Positions 25,401-37,900 of a stretch of DNA of 64,000 nucleotides are shown piece after piece; positions within the stretch are counted from its first letter, which is position 1; the number at the start of each line of letters is the position of its first letter. This DNA comes from Phoronis australis (Eukaryota; Animalia; Phoronida): the NCBI GenBank assembly GCA_002633005.1, contig NMRA01000003.1, forward strand, positions 1,916,727 through 1,980,726. The letters are read 5' to 3'. The notes beneath the pieces are model-generated. The model searched no databases. It saw only the letters and a program-made list of their open reading frames with translations, and was not told where the DNA came from. Made by a program: the position numbers and the translations under genes.

Positions 25401-28400
25401 AGCCCAGGCAACAACTATAGCCATCCGCTACAGTTGTATAAGAAGACAATCAAAGCTGGAACCAGGGTAAATTCTTTAATTATCTCTTATTTTTTATTTC
25501 TGTTATGTTTGTTTTTTATTTTTAGTTTTAAGTGATTGTTGTATGTAGAATTTTTGTTGTGTGTGTTTTCATTAGTTTCAAACAATTTTCTCCAAGTCTG
25601 TGGGGTTGTGCTGTATTGTAATTTAGTAAATGGCTGTAATACTTTCCTTTTTGCAGTGCTGCTGAGCCAAAGATTTTAGAATACCAAACTCAGCAACACA
25701 AGCTTTTGCCATTGTTGGCCACAGCTTACGCGTATTGGTTTGCTGGTAGAAAAATGATGGCCACATACATCCAAATCACGTCTCACATTGAGGAAGGGAA
25801 TACAGAAAGACTCCCTGAGGTAAGTATAATGATGTGACTTGAGATTACAGAATCTTATTGAAGCTTTTTTTGTTAAGGATGGGTGTTTGTCATTAGGTGA
25901 CTATTGATGTTGTCTTTAATTGATGTTCAGTTGTACTGATTACTTATGTAGGTTAAAGTGGTGTTAAATTCATTGCGAAGTAAGATATCTGTATTACTTA
26001 GGTTTGTTAATATTTGTGAATTGTTCGTAGAGAAGAGAACAGACAAACTATGTATGATCGCCATGTAATATATGCAAACCATGGAAACATCAAGTTTATT
26101 CGTCCTTACCATGACGTTGTATTTAACGTCCAGTTTGATACTAGTCGAGATACTTGTCCGTTATCACTGCCTTCTCACTCATCAGTTGTTACTCTTCTCA
26201 CTCATCAGTTGTTACTCTTCTCACTCATCAGTTGTTACTGTCTCCTCACTCATCAGTTGTTACTGTCTCCTCACTCATCAGTTGTTACTGTCTCCTCACT
26301 CATCAGTTGTTACTGTCTCCTCACTCATCAGTTGTTACTGTCTCCTCACTCATCAGTTGTTACTGTCTCCTCACTCATCTGTATATGTTGCAGTTACATG
26401 CACTGTCCTGTGGCTTGAAGGCCCTCACCTCCTGGGTGATGTCCAGTGGTGTGGAGACCTGTCGCATGTCGTGCGGTGGACATGGCTACTCACTGGCCAG
26501 TGGCTTGCCATTCCTGTACGCTCTTCACACACCGGCGTGTACATATGAGGGTGAGAACACGGTCCTGATGTTGCAGACAGCCAGGTTAGACTTCACTATT
26601 TCTATGATCACTTCGATTAGGCATATTAACCTGGATCAAATCTTAATCATCAAGAATAGAGAAATGTGTCTTACCTGGCTACAGATATTTGTTTCTCTCA
26701 AAGAGGATTTTATATACAGTGAGAGGAAGCAACTTCTGCTGTGGACACTTGTACTGGGGATTGACTGTTGGACACTGCCACACTAAGACAAGTGAAAGTA
26801 AAATAATCAGAGTGGGTTAGGCACGGAATTACTTATCTTTCTGGATAGAAGGTTAAGTGAGATGACAAGACAAGCGGAAGCAGGGATGGTTGTGGAAGCT
26901 ATCAATAACAGATGATTATGGCCTATGTGGCTACAGACTTCTACAACCTCTCCCAAGAAGTGCGTAATGACTATATTTAAGAGGGTTTTGATGAGTTTCA
27001 CATCAGGTGTTTTGTGCAATGGGCCCGACCTCTGTATCCTGCAACCGTCCGATACAATTCAGGCATCGGACCGCCTGCAACATTATTAATGCAAAAATAA
27101 CTTAAATCAAAAAATTTTCTTCCTACCGTTACGAAGTCTTCCACTGAACGTTTTAGATTGATATTTTCACATTAAGAAGTTCATCTGAATTAATTATAAT
27201 TTCTGTCATCTGCTGAGACAGAATAGTGTTGGATTCTCAGATGATATGAACTTTCATAAGTCTTGGAATATTGGTTCCATATGTTCTAGTTTCTCTTATT
27301 TCTACATTTACCTATAATTAAATATAAAACATCTTCATCATTCATTAAGTGTTAACTATGTTTAGTCTGGAGTCTCAGTCAGATTGTTTCCTGGTAGGGA
27401 AGTTTTACCCATGTCAGCTCTAACCCAACAGGTGTCAGTCTGGTTGTCATTTGTAGGGAGGCATTCAATTAATCTTGTATTACCGATTGGATTGTAATTA
27501 TCATTTTCACTTCTGCATGCAATTATTTCCATTCTATAGGTGTTGAGAAACACAGTATTTGTGTCATGTTTGGTTTTAAAAAAAGTTACAAATTATCATC
27601 ATTTTCTTTTGCAAGTATTTGTGTTTGTCTCTGTGGTGTGTATTTTGTTGATAGCTGCTATCATACCATTTACCCTGTTCTTTCTTATGTCTTGTTATAT
27701 TAGGTACTTGGTGAAAGCCTACGCCAGTGCTCAGAGTGGGCAAAAGTTGCCAGGGTTTGTCAATTACATGACCTTGAGGGATGGAAAGTGTAAAATTGAC
27801 AAGAATATGAAGTTGGATAGTATAGTTACTGCTTACAGACACAGAGCAGCAAGGTATGGGAATTCTACACATCTTTAGTGGTATGGAGATTGTAGCACGA
27901 AGGCCCGGGATCCAATCTTTGTACCCTTAAGTTTTCTCAAAATCAAATTAAAATTCTTGTTGTTATACACAGACAAATGTCGATAATTTTATGCTTAAAT
28001 ATGTAATGGTTTACTTGATAACTCCTGGATTTGATCTACAAGCTCAAGTAAAATCTTTCGAGTTTAGACCCAAATTTATAGCTTTAAATGCTGGAGTAAT
28101 CAACTGCATACCGTCATCCAAGTAAACCATAACATAATAAAACACAGGATCATAGACTCCTATCTTGAGTTTGTATAAAGTACCAAGTTTGTACCCCAGC
28201 TCAAGTATGTTTCATCAAAATGTACATGGTGGTAAAGAAGATATCTTGACGTGCATATTTTTTCTACTTATTTCAAAGTATATTAATTGTTTAGAACTAT
28301 TTCAGTGTTGGATTATAACTAGTTCACTTCTAGTTGTTATCATAACTATTGCTATTAAATGTTTATATGCACTCTTAATTGTTTTTGTTAGATTGGTGAG

Positions 28401-31400
28401 GGTAGCAGCCACAAAGGTGAACAGGTTAATATCTGAAGGCTTACAACACTGGGAAGCTTGGAACAAGTGTTCTGTAGAACTGGTCAAGGCTGCGCAGGTA
28501 GGAATCACAATACAAGTAGGTCATACAGCTCGTTCTTCATGAAGCTGGAGTCTATCAGAGGTCCATCATAGCTCGATTGAGAGCAGGTATTCTACCAGTA
28601 GAGGTTGAGGTGGGGCCGTACTTCGGAATTCCTGTGAATGAACGCATTTGTCGTGTTTGTAAAAACGGAATTGAAGATGAAGTTCATTTCATTTTTGATT
28701 GTGAAAAATATACTCACATTCGACCATTTTTTATGCGGAGTTCTGCCCTACCTCAAATATTCCAAAGTAACTTGAAAGGTCTTGCGAAATTCATTCAAGA
28801 TGCTTTGCAGCTTAGAAGTAAGTATTTGTTTATAAACTAGTCTGATGTGGTCATATTTGAGCGTGTGCAATATGTTATGTAATGGTTTGATTACTATTAG
28901 GTGACTGACCAAGCCCATTGAGGCTGGGTGGTGTGGTGAATATTCTGTCTTTGAGATTGTATTTACTGGCACCCTTGTGTCACTATAATAAATAAATAAT
29001 AAAATATATCACAGGACTGGTGTGTTCTGTTTTGTACATGTTGGGTGTTGAAGCAGGAGTCATGCTTATCACAGGACACGCATGTCACCACATTTTGGGG
29101 GTGAAAATCAACTTATTGACCTGGGTGAATGTCAATAATTGTGAATTGTCTACTACAGTTCCCATTACACCAGTTGTAACTCTCACAATGTTAAGCATTA
29201 CAATAAATACGCGTGTTAGTATGGGCATATAGTTTGCTTTTTCAATCTTTGATTATGTTTTGCATTCATGGATATTCAACTCGAGTCAGTATATTGCAAT
29301 ACTGGTTGCTGTTATGGCAACGCCAAATTCGAAGCTTGAAATTGCAATTATGTTTCACATGCACACTGAACATGATATTGGCAGATCACCATCGCTTTTG
29401 TTTTTATATGACTAAATGATATTTCTTTATTGTTTTGCATATTAATTGTTCCTGTATGGCTAAAAACCATGGTATGTTTCGTAAAAATTTATTTTAATAA
29501 CTTATTGATCATTTCCCATTTTTAACAGCCTTTGCTTGATCAGAAATCTATGTTGTACTTTGTCCAAAACTTCATGAGTAAAACTGGTATCAGGCCCATT
29601 GACCAAGTAACAAATAATGAAAAACAAAAAAGCAGCCTCCCTAAGCTTACTTTTTAATGTAATCATGAAATAAAATTATTGACTGTCACTTTCAGTCATC
29701 ATTTTGTTTTTCAGACCCATTGATCGCATTGTGGGGTGAGAAAAACAAAGTTTATGATTGTGTACTCTATCTTCTTCTCATGGTTTAGTGGTACATTAAT
29801 TTTGAAATTATTGAAGAAGTCATTTGCTAATATCTTTCCTTGTAGGCTCACAGTCACTGCTACATTGTACAGAACTTTGTCGAGTTTGTCCAAGAACGCG
29901 ACTGTAGCTTACCAGTGAAGCGAGTGTTGACTCAGTTGTGTAAACTTTACAGTTTGCATGGAATTGTAGAGAATTCAGGCGACTTCCTCGTTGTAAGTGG
30001 GAAAGTTGGGACAGTGTGTGAAAATGGCTTGAATAATTGTAAAACAATTTTATTGCCAATAATTCAAAGTTAACTCACTTTTACGATGACTTCTGTACCT
30101 GTTGAAGGTTCATCTACTTTTGATTTTACTAATGCAGCGGAAATATCTTTGAACTATATTCATGGGTGGCACAGCACTGAAAAAAATGCGGGGGCTAAAG
30201 CCCCCCCAGCCCCCCTGTGGTGCACCGCTTATAAACAATGGGTGTGGTAGCACTGAAAAAAAGTACATTTCATTCGACATGCCAGTAATCCAGATTCTTC
30301 CAATCAGCATGTATGTGCAGAGATACTGTTGTTCCATAGCATGGCTTCATGACTGGTGCTCAACTTGATTTAGGCAATCGGTGCATAACAAAGATACTGT
30401 TGTTCTGTAGGATGGCTTCATGACCGCAGCGCAGCTGGATTTAGCCAATCAGCACGTTCTTCAACTACTTGCTGACATCCGTCCAAATGCTGTTCCTCTC
30501 GTTGATGCTTTTGACTTCCCTGACCGTGTGCTGGACAGTGTCCTCGGTCGATATGATGGTCAAGTCTATGACAACTTGTACAAGTGGGCACGTGACTCGC
30601 CCTTGAACGAAAACGAGGTTGGTGCTATTTGGAAATTTATCGATAAACCCATGATGGGGAATAGTAGGTAGTATTCACTTCATTGTTTGATCATTACATT
30701 TGAGTGCTTCATACTCAGGGCTCCNTTGAAACTATTGAAGAAGTCATTTGCTAATATCTTTCCTTTGTAGGCTCACAGTCACTGCTACATTGTACAGAAC
30801 TTTGTCGAGTTTGTCCAAGAACGCGACTGTAGCTTACCAGTGAAGCGAGTGTTGACTCAGTTGTGTAAACTCTACAGTTTGCATGGAATTGTAGAGAATT
30901 CTGGCGACTTCCTCGTTGTAAGTGGGAAAGTTGGGACAGTGTGTGAAAATGGCTTGAATAATTGTAAAACAATTTTATTGCCAATAATACAAAGTTAACT
31001 CACTTTTACGATGACTTCTGTACCTGTTGAAGGTTCATCTACTTTTGTTTTTATTAATACAGCGGAAATATCTTTGAACTATATTCATGGGTGGCACAGC
31101 ACTGAAAAAAATGCGGGGGCTAAAGCCCCCCAGCCCCCCTGTGGTGCACCGCTTATAGACAATGGGTGTGGTAGCACTGAAAAAAAGTACATTTCATTCG
31201 ACATGCCAGTAATCCAGATTCATCCAATCAGCATGTATGTGCAGAGATACTGTTGTTCCATAGCATGGCTTCATGACTGGTGCTCAACTTGATTTAGGCA
31301 ATCGGTGCATAACAAAAATACTGTTGTTCTGTAGGATGGCTTCATGACCGCAGCGCAGCTGGATTTAGCCAATCAGCACGTTCTTCAACTACTTGCTGAC

Positions 31401-31957
31401 ATCCGTCCAAATGCTGTTCCTCTCGTTGATGCTTTTGACTTCCCTGACCGTGTGCTGGACAGTGTCCTCGGTCGATATGATGGTCAAGTCTATGACAACT
31501 TGTACAAGTGGGCACGTGACTCGCCCTTGAACGAAAACGAGGTTGGTGCTATTTGGAAATTTATCGATAAACCCATGATGGGGAATAGTAGGTAGTATTC
31601 ACTTCATTGTTTGATCATTACATTTGAGTGCTTCATACTCAGGGCTCCATTTCATGAAACTATTTTAGTCTTAACTTAGACCGAAATAACAATGTTGTTA
31701 TTCCACCACATAGCCTTAATCATCAAAATTATTGTGTCTTATATGTTAATAAGTCTGTTAATAAGCTGCTAGGTGGCTTGACTTTGAGGTGTGGTGACTC
31801 AGTGAATTAGTGAATTATGTGACTGGTTTATCTTGTTCATAGGTGTGTTTCAGTCTCTCCATTTCTAAGCATTGTTTTTTATGACTCATTTCAGGTAAAT
31901 GATGCACACTTCAAGTATGTCAAGCCCCTGCAGGAGTACATGAAAGCCAAACTGTAG
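19498..31957 (+). CDS. ACOX1: Peroxisomal acyl-CoA oxidase 1, 14 coding exons
   Basis: Exons 19498-19618, 20728-20887, 21751-21911, 23057-23164, 23821-23940, 24561-24676, 25297-25466, 25657-25819, 26394-26584, 27704-27853, 28392-28497, 29846-29992, 30411-30617 (exons 12-13 duplicated at 30771-30917 and 31335-31541), 31895-31957. Motifs [26 protein letters not shown] and catalytic YEGEN; the C-terminus is the PTS1 AKL*. Confidence 0.95.
23260..23658. mobile_element. Tc1/mariner(pogo)-like MITE in ACOX1 intron 4
   Basis: TIRs cc.gga.tttccgtagataagccca / tgggcttatctacggaaaaccacgg flanked by TA on both sides. Subterminal cccatggg motifs. Confidence 0.75.
26170..26378. repeat. ~25-bp minisatellite immediately upstream of the ACOX1 exon-9 acceptor
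   Basis: Unit tctcctcactcatcagttgttactg x ~8-9, with two 22-bp variants at the 5' end. Confidence 0.95.
28540..29005 (+). mobile_element. 5'-truncated non-LTR retrotransposon (C-terminal CCHC region plus 3'UTR) in ACOX1 intron 11
   Basis: [38 protein letters not shown] is a typical LINE ORF2 C-terminal zinc knuckle. It is followed by a 3' (TAAA)-rich tail at ~28985-29003. Confidence 0.75.
29802..31648. repeat. ~923 bp tandem duplication including ACOX1 exons 12-13, joined by a single N (probable haplotype artefact)
   Basis: 29802-30724 vs 30726-31648, with 'n' at 30725. The copies differ by only a few substitutions, and the exonic ones are synonymous. Confidence 0.9.
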
Positions 31958-32329
31958 GCAGACTCATCCAGGTGTGAAACCGAATATCCATTCCATAGAT
32001 AGAGTGTCATGCCCTCGAATATTAGAAAAATATTCAAAATAATTGGTCCCATTACCTGTAAATAAGTGGGCTGCAAAATTACCAGTTTTCATCATATTGC
32101 ATTTTGAGAATGCGCCTATAATGATGAACTGTTGCTTACCACTATAAGTGCTTCTGACCAACCATTCACTTTATGGCTAGGTCCTAATTTTAAGTGATTT
32201 ATTAAAGATGTTAATTCAGTTACAGTATTTGATCAAGTTGCTACAAATCTGCTTTCTGTCAAACACATTGCCAACACTTACACCTTGATAAAACTGATAT
32301 TAGGTTGGTCCTTAGTCAGATGAGAAGCT

Positions 32330-32728
32330 TTGGGGAGCATTCAAATATTACGTCATACAACTTTAGCTACTTTTTACCCCTCCCTTCTTCAGTCATGGCG
32401 TGTCATTATGATATGCCCCCCCNCAATCTCCCCACCCCCTGTTTAAGCTGTGATGGATCGGGTCTGTTGTTTGTCTGTCTACATGTTTATAAGGTAAGCC
32501 TAGTGAAAAATGATCAAATCTTGGAAGCGTGAAACGGGGAGTCCTGGTTTTGGAATTAGTCACTTCCATAAGAAAATGAACCAGTTTCAGGACAATATGT
32601 CCTTTGATGAAGTACACATGATGATGTCACCATTAGTCTAACCCCCCTTCTGTACCCTGTCATAAATCGTCATCTTTTACAAACCCTCTCCTCCCCTCGA
32701 GTGATGATATATGTGAATTCTCACTTAG
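32330..32728. mobile_element. Putative MITE downstream of ACOX1
   Basis: Starts ggggagcattcaaatattacgtca and ends tgatatatgtgaattctcac (degenerate inverted ends), with internal acccc(t)ccc motifs. Confidence 0.4.
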
Positions 32729-34924
32729 GAAGAATAGACAATTAATTACCCACAGTGTCAACTCAAATCATTGAGCCTGGTCTGTGAACCGGCAATAGGC
32801 CAAGCCCAGAAAGCACCTTTAATAGGAATCAGAAACAAGTTGAGACCAGTTTTACATTAGGTAAATGTTCTGGATCAAATGTTTAATATGTTTTGGCTGA
32901 ATGGTTTTTTCATAGCGGACAAATTATTGTCAGTGAATGTATTCGACATGAGCAACTTACAGAATATGTGCATATTTAGGCACTTATGTACAACCAAGGA
33001 GCAAGTTTTTAAGATAATGTGCGAGTGAAGCTTGATTTTCTCATGATAAACCATATTTGTTGACATGTTATGAATTTAACATGAATTATTTAAGCTATAT
33101 TTAGCCCTGTTCTTTTGACTAAAAAACGAAAATTGAGTTAGTTACCAACTCAAACCACAGGTAATCCATACGTGTGCCACATTTAAGGCACAGCTGGCTA
33201 TTCCTTGTATATCTGCTCGTGAACTGTTTTTTATGAGAATTTGGTCCATTTTTAGTATTTTTCAGTTATAGTTATTCTTAAAATCAACCGTTTTGTAATT
33301 GGTAAGTCAAAATTTCAATTGCACATAATTTCAAAAAGTTCATCCTTGGTTTTACTTAAAGGTGTTTCACTGGTCATCGTATATACGTAATAGGTGACTT
33401 TTCATATTGGCGCTCTCTAGAGTAATGAGAGCATGAAAGTGATCGCGACTCAGATTAGATCTACAGAAATTCAATCACTAAACAATGGTTCATTAATTCA
33501 AAAGCAGAGGAATAAATTCCACTATCAGTAATCAGCCACTCCTATTGTTTGAGAAGTAAACTAGTTTATTTTAGTTTTTTGACACTGACTGGGGTCGCAA
33601 TTCTTTCTCTTGATCACCTGCTGCCACTGCCTTTGTTGGGGATAAGTCTTCGGAGAGCAAAATGTATGGAACATGATGTCCCGGTTCATCACTTGATATT
33701 TCATAAGGTTTGCCTTTTTTGTAAGGCATTATTACATCTCTCAGCACAGCAGTGGTAATTTGACAGCATTATAATAATGGGAAGAGCTGTTTTATACCAG
33801 AAGGTTGAAACCTTCCATCCTCATTATGTGGAATTTGTAGGTGGTGCTGAATGCCTGCCCACCAAAGACCTGATCACCATTTGGCTGGACAGTGAATTTC
33901 AATATGGCATGGCTGTTTCAAATGTCGGGTATTGGGGATATAGGTGCTGGTTCACATCATATAGACGATGGGCCTAAATATATATATTTATGGTGGAGTT
34001 GCCCACTTTCAAATTCTAGTGCAATAAGTACTTTTACAAGGTATGTTTGTGATTTTTGGAGATACTGTGTAGTTCCGATTCACTAAGAAGCTTCTTAGTT
34101 TTTCTTTAAGAACACCTGTGCTTGCTAATCTGTCACGACTCTTCTGAGATTTAAAATGGGTTTAAATGAGATTGTAAGTTTACAAAATCTCTTTGTTGGA
34201 ACGCTGACTTTAGAGTCATGCTATAAGATATAGAGACACATTTTAGCAAATCTTTAAAAGTTACAACTTTTTAGTGCAACAGCTTTCTGAAAATTGTTGG
34301 AGTTGAAAAATCGTGTTTAATCAACATAAATGATTTATTTGAATAAATATTTACATCTACTGAATACTTTAAAGTATGCACCTGTCAACAACTTTCTTTT
34401 AAACTGTGTACCAAGCGTTCATTCTTCTAAAGAAAAGAGTATGGTTTTGAACAAGGAGTTAAAATACACTCATAGGAAAAATCACTAAATAACATTAATA
34501 CTGACCAAACATCTCTGACTTTGAAATATACAATGGAGTACAAACGATGACAACAAATATCAATTAAAAATCAGAAAACAAATATTCAGGTCTTCATAAG
34601 AGCAAAACATTGTCAGGGGTCTTAACCTAGAACAAAACCCGTAGTCAATAAATTAAAAAATTACATACACGTTTTATGCGAGTTTTGACATAACTCTTAC
34701 ATGAATTGTGACCAAACGTATCACAAGTTTTAAGTTGAAATAACCAGACATCAAACTATGCAATTTATGTACAATGTCTGCTGTGTCGTTCACTAACTAG
34801 ATCACGTATTCCAATCTTTCTCGTTGCTGCCCTCTGAAGTTTATTGGAAACTCGAGTCTTGTAAAAATGGCAAGATTGCTGCTGCGTCCTTTCTGGGGAA
34901 CCTTTACCTTCTCGCGCAATTGCA

Positions 34925-37900
34925 TTATAACAGTAGAGTATTGGCAGTGTAAGGATGCGAGGCCACCAGATGGCTCTTGAGCGCTGTCTTCTGGTAGAAA
35001 TCTTTACCACAGTACTGACATACAAATGGCTTCTTGTCAGCGTGAGTGCGTCGGTGTGTATTCAAGGTACTGGCAAGGGTAAACCCTTTGCCGCATATAT
35101 CGCACTTGTGAGGTCGCTCTCCTGTAAAAGAGTTGCAAAATGACACTATGTCTTTTTTGTAAAGTAGGCCTACTGGTTAAAAGAACACATTGTCTCCTTG
35201 GTAACGAGTTCGCGCCTGGACACCATTCCACTTTTTTTCTTGCTGGTTTTGTATCTTGTGTTTTGTTGGTTTTTAGTAGTGTAAAAACATGACCAACTGT
35301 GCACTCCCTTTGAGTTGACCCTAGTCTGGGAGCTTGCACGTACTCAAAGTTGAACGCTTTGTCCGACAATGTTTTTCAATCATGTGTATGTTGCTGGACA
35401 AAATGACTCCGTGACGTTATTTAGAGATCGAAAAATGTGTGTATGTCTGTTTGTTACTGCACTTAAATTTTCGCCTCCCTCTTACCTGTGTGACCATAAA
35501 TGTGAGCTTGTAGGTTTCCCTTCTGGTTGAAGCCTTTTCCGCATAATTCACAGGAGTAGACCTTTTCGTCGGAATGAGTTCTCATGTGGTAAGTGAGGTG
35601 GGTGAGCTGTTTGAAGCCACGCCCACAAATTTTGCACTTGTGCGGTTTCTCACCTAAAAACAAAAAGTCATTTTCGTAATTTTTGTAGATATTATGGATA
35701 CAGATTTTGTACCTTGCTTTGTCTACAAATTTTAATTTGTAAACACTAATTAAAAGATATCTTTCATCGACAGCCGTAGAGCAACTTTCGTATATAAATA
35801 CTGTCGTACCGCAGACGTAAACATGGATATTTACCAGTATGTGTATACGAGTGGATCTTCATATCAATTTTCTGGTGAAATCCTTTGCCGCAGTACTGAC
35901 ACACGAATGGCTTGTAGTTGGTGTGGGTTCTCATATGTGTGTGGAGGTTCGACGCTCGGTTGAAGGCCTTGTTGCACTGTGGACATATGTACGGTTTCAC
36001 TGTGGTGTGGGTGAGACGATGGCGGGTCAAGTTCCCTGGCTGGCGGAATGCTCGTCCGCACAGTTCACACTTAAACGGCTTGTCACCAGTATGGATACGC
36101 TGAAAAGAATATTTTTGTTAGGATAAATATGTGTCTTTATTATTCGGAAATCATTTTCAATGGTCTCCAATTTCAAAATTTTCTTTCCTTTGGCTTTTTG
36201 TATAGATCGTATAGTTCTAGGATTCGTCGTGAAATCCGTGGATGTGTGCATACGTAATTATGGCCAGGCGTTGCTTTACAATTTTTAATAATTAATGCTG
36301 TAATGTTGCGTAACAGGAAAGACACAAAATTGTCAACTGTACTTATAAGGGTAAGCGTCGTATCGTATTTCTTTTAATGCCCGTATCCTAAGTACCCGTG
36401 AATAGCCCGCCACACAATACTTCGTAATCCTATAAAGCAGCCATTGAGAACGTTCTCCTTCGTATCTATAACAGCTGACTGTGTTGAATAAACGGTTGTC
36501 GTTGAAAGTGCAAACAATTTATTTCGTTTTGTTAGGTCAGGTTTAATGTTGAATTAAGACGTACACTTCTATGAGCTTTGTGTATTTTATGATATTCACT
36601 GGCGAAGTCAATTCACGGAATTTCAAATTGGTTGACGTCTATTTGATGTTACCGGATACCTTTCCATTGAAGTTAGCTGGAACGTGACAAGTTTAGTCAT
36701 AATAAAGCAACAATTTCACGTAATGCCGCGGTAGATTGCGTTAGTCGTGTACAAGCAACACAGTTTACTCAACTTCTTATATGAAACAGATTGGCCGGAA
36801 CTATACGTATTAAAATCGGAGAAAAGGCACGGGAAGTTCATGTGACTACCAAATGATTTTTGTGAATTACCATGTTTGAGTTCTGAATTTAGATTGTTTT
36901 TAGTTCGAATCAATGTTATCAAACTTTTCTGTGGCATTATATATTAATATACAACTTCAACTGTCCGCGCTGATAGGACCTGTTTGATGATAATAGAGAT
37001 AATTTAGATTTAAGCTGTCGATGCAGAATAGTTGACAGTACCACCAGTCCTGTCCATTTCTCGACAAAACGGTCGTTTAATTACACAACGTTACAACAGT
37101 TACGCCATACTGTCTCGTGAGTTTGGTGTTCTTACGAGTAGATGAGACAATATAAGGGATGTGTACAGCCTACTGACATCCACCTTGACATATGGCACAT
37201 TAGACACCTGCACAGACACGCATGGCCCTCGCTAAACGCTTACCAATTCCCTTTATTTTAACAGCCGTCAGTTCCGTAAATTTATCACTATCTTGCATAA
37301 CCACGATAACAACCATTTTCTACGCCTCATCCTCCTCTTTAATGGAGTTTTTGTTCGCCAATAAAAGTTGTTAATGGGAGACGTGACATTAAATTATGCC
37401 AATTTTATTGTCTGTATGGCTGATACGAAATTATGAGCGATTCTACAAGACGCGTGTATACTAGGAGTTTCTACTAATAGTCCCCGCCCACAGTATAAGC
37501 CACGGCTGTACTTTTGGAGTCTCGAAATTTCCTCGCTTTGTAGGATTTCTGAAGAAGAACAATGTGAACGGGTGTCTAAGAAACAAAAGACTATTTGAGA
37601 AACAGGACATTAGCTTATTCCAGCACAATTCTGGCTTGTGTACGACATAATCATAACTACAGGCACCTATGAACTACCGTTGGTATCATAAATTTTCACA
37701 CAGAAGTCCTCATTCTATGTCAATATCGCAGGCACATTTTTTCGTTTTGGGTTCGAACTTATACACTTATTTTACTTATGACGGTCGTAACTTTGAACTT
37801 GCACGCGGTTCGTTTACGTGGGACGTGAAGACTGTCGTTTATTGTGTATGAAATGAACTGTACGTCATTTGCAATTATTTACCTTTCACTCTTATAGAAA

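Noticed and set aside
26050-26548. Long overlapping ORFs with repeated LLTHQLLL peptides
   Set aside because: These are translations of the 25-bp minisatellite. Only 26394-26584 is a real exon.
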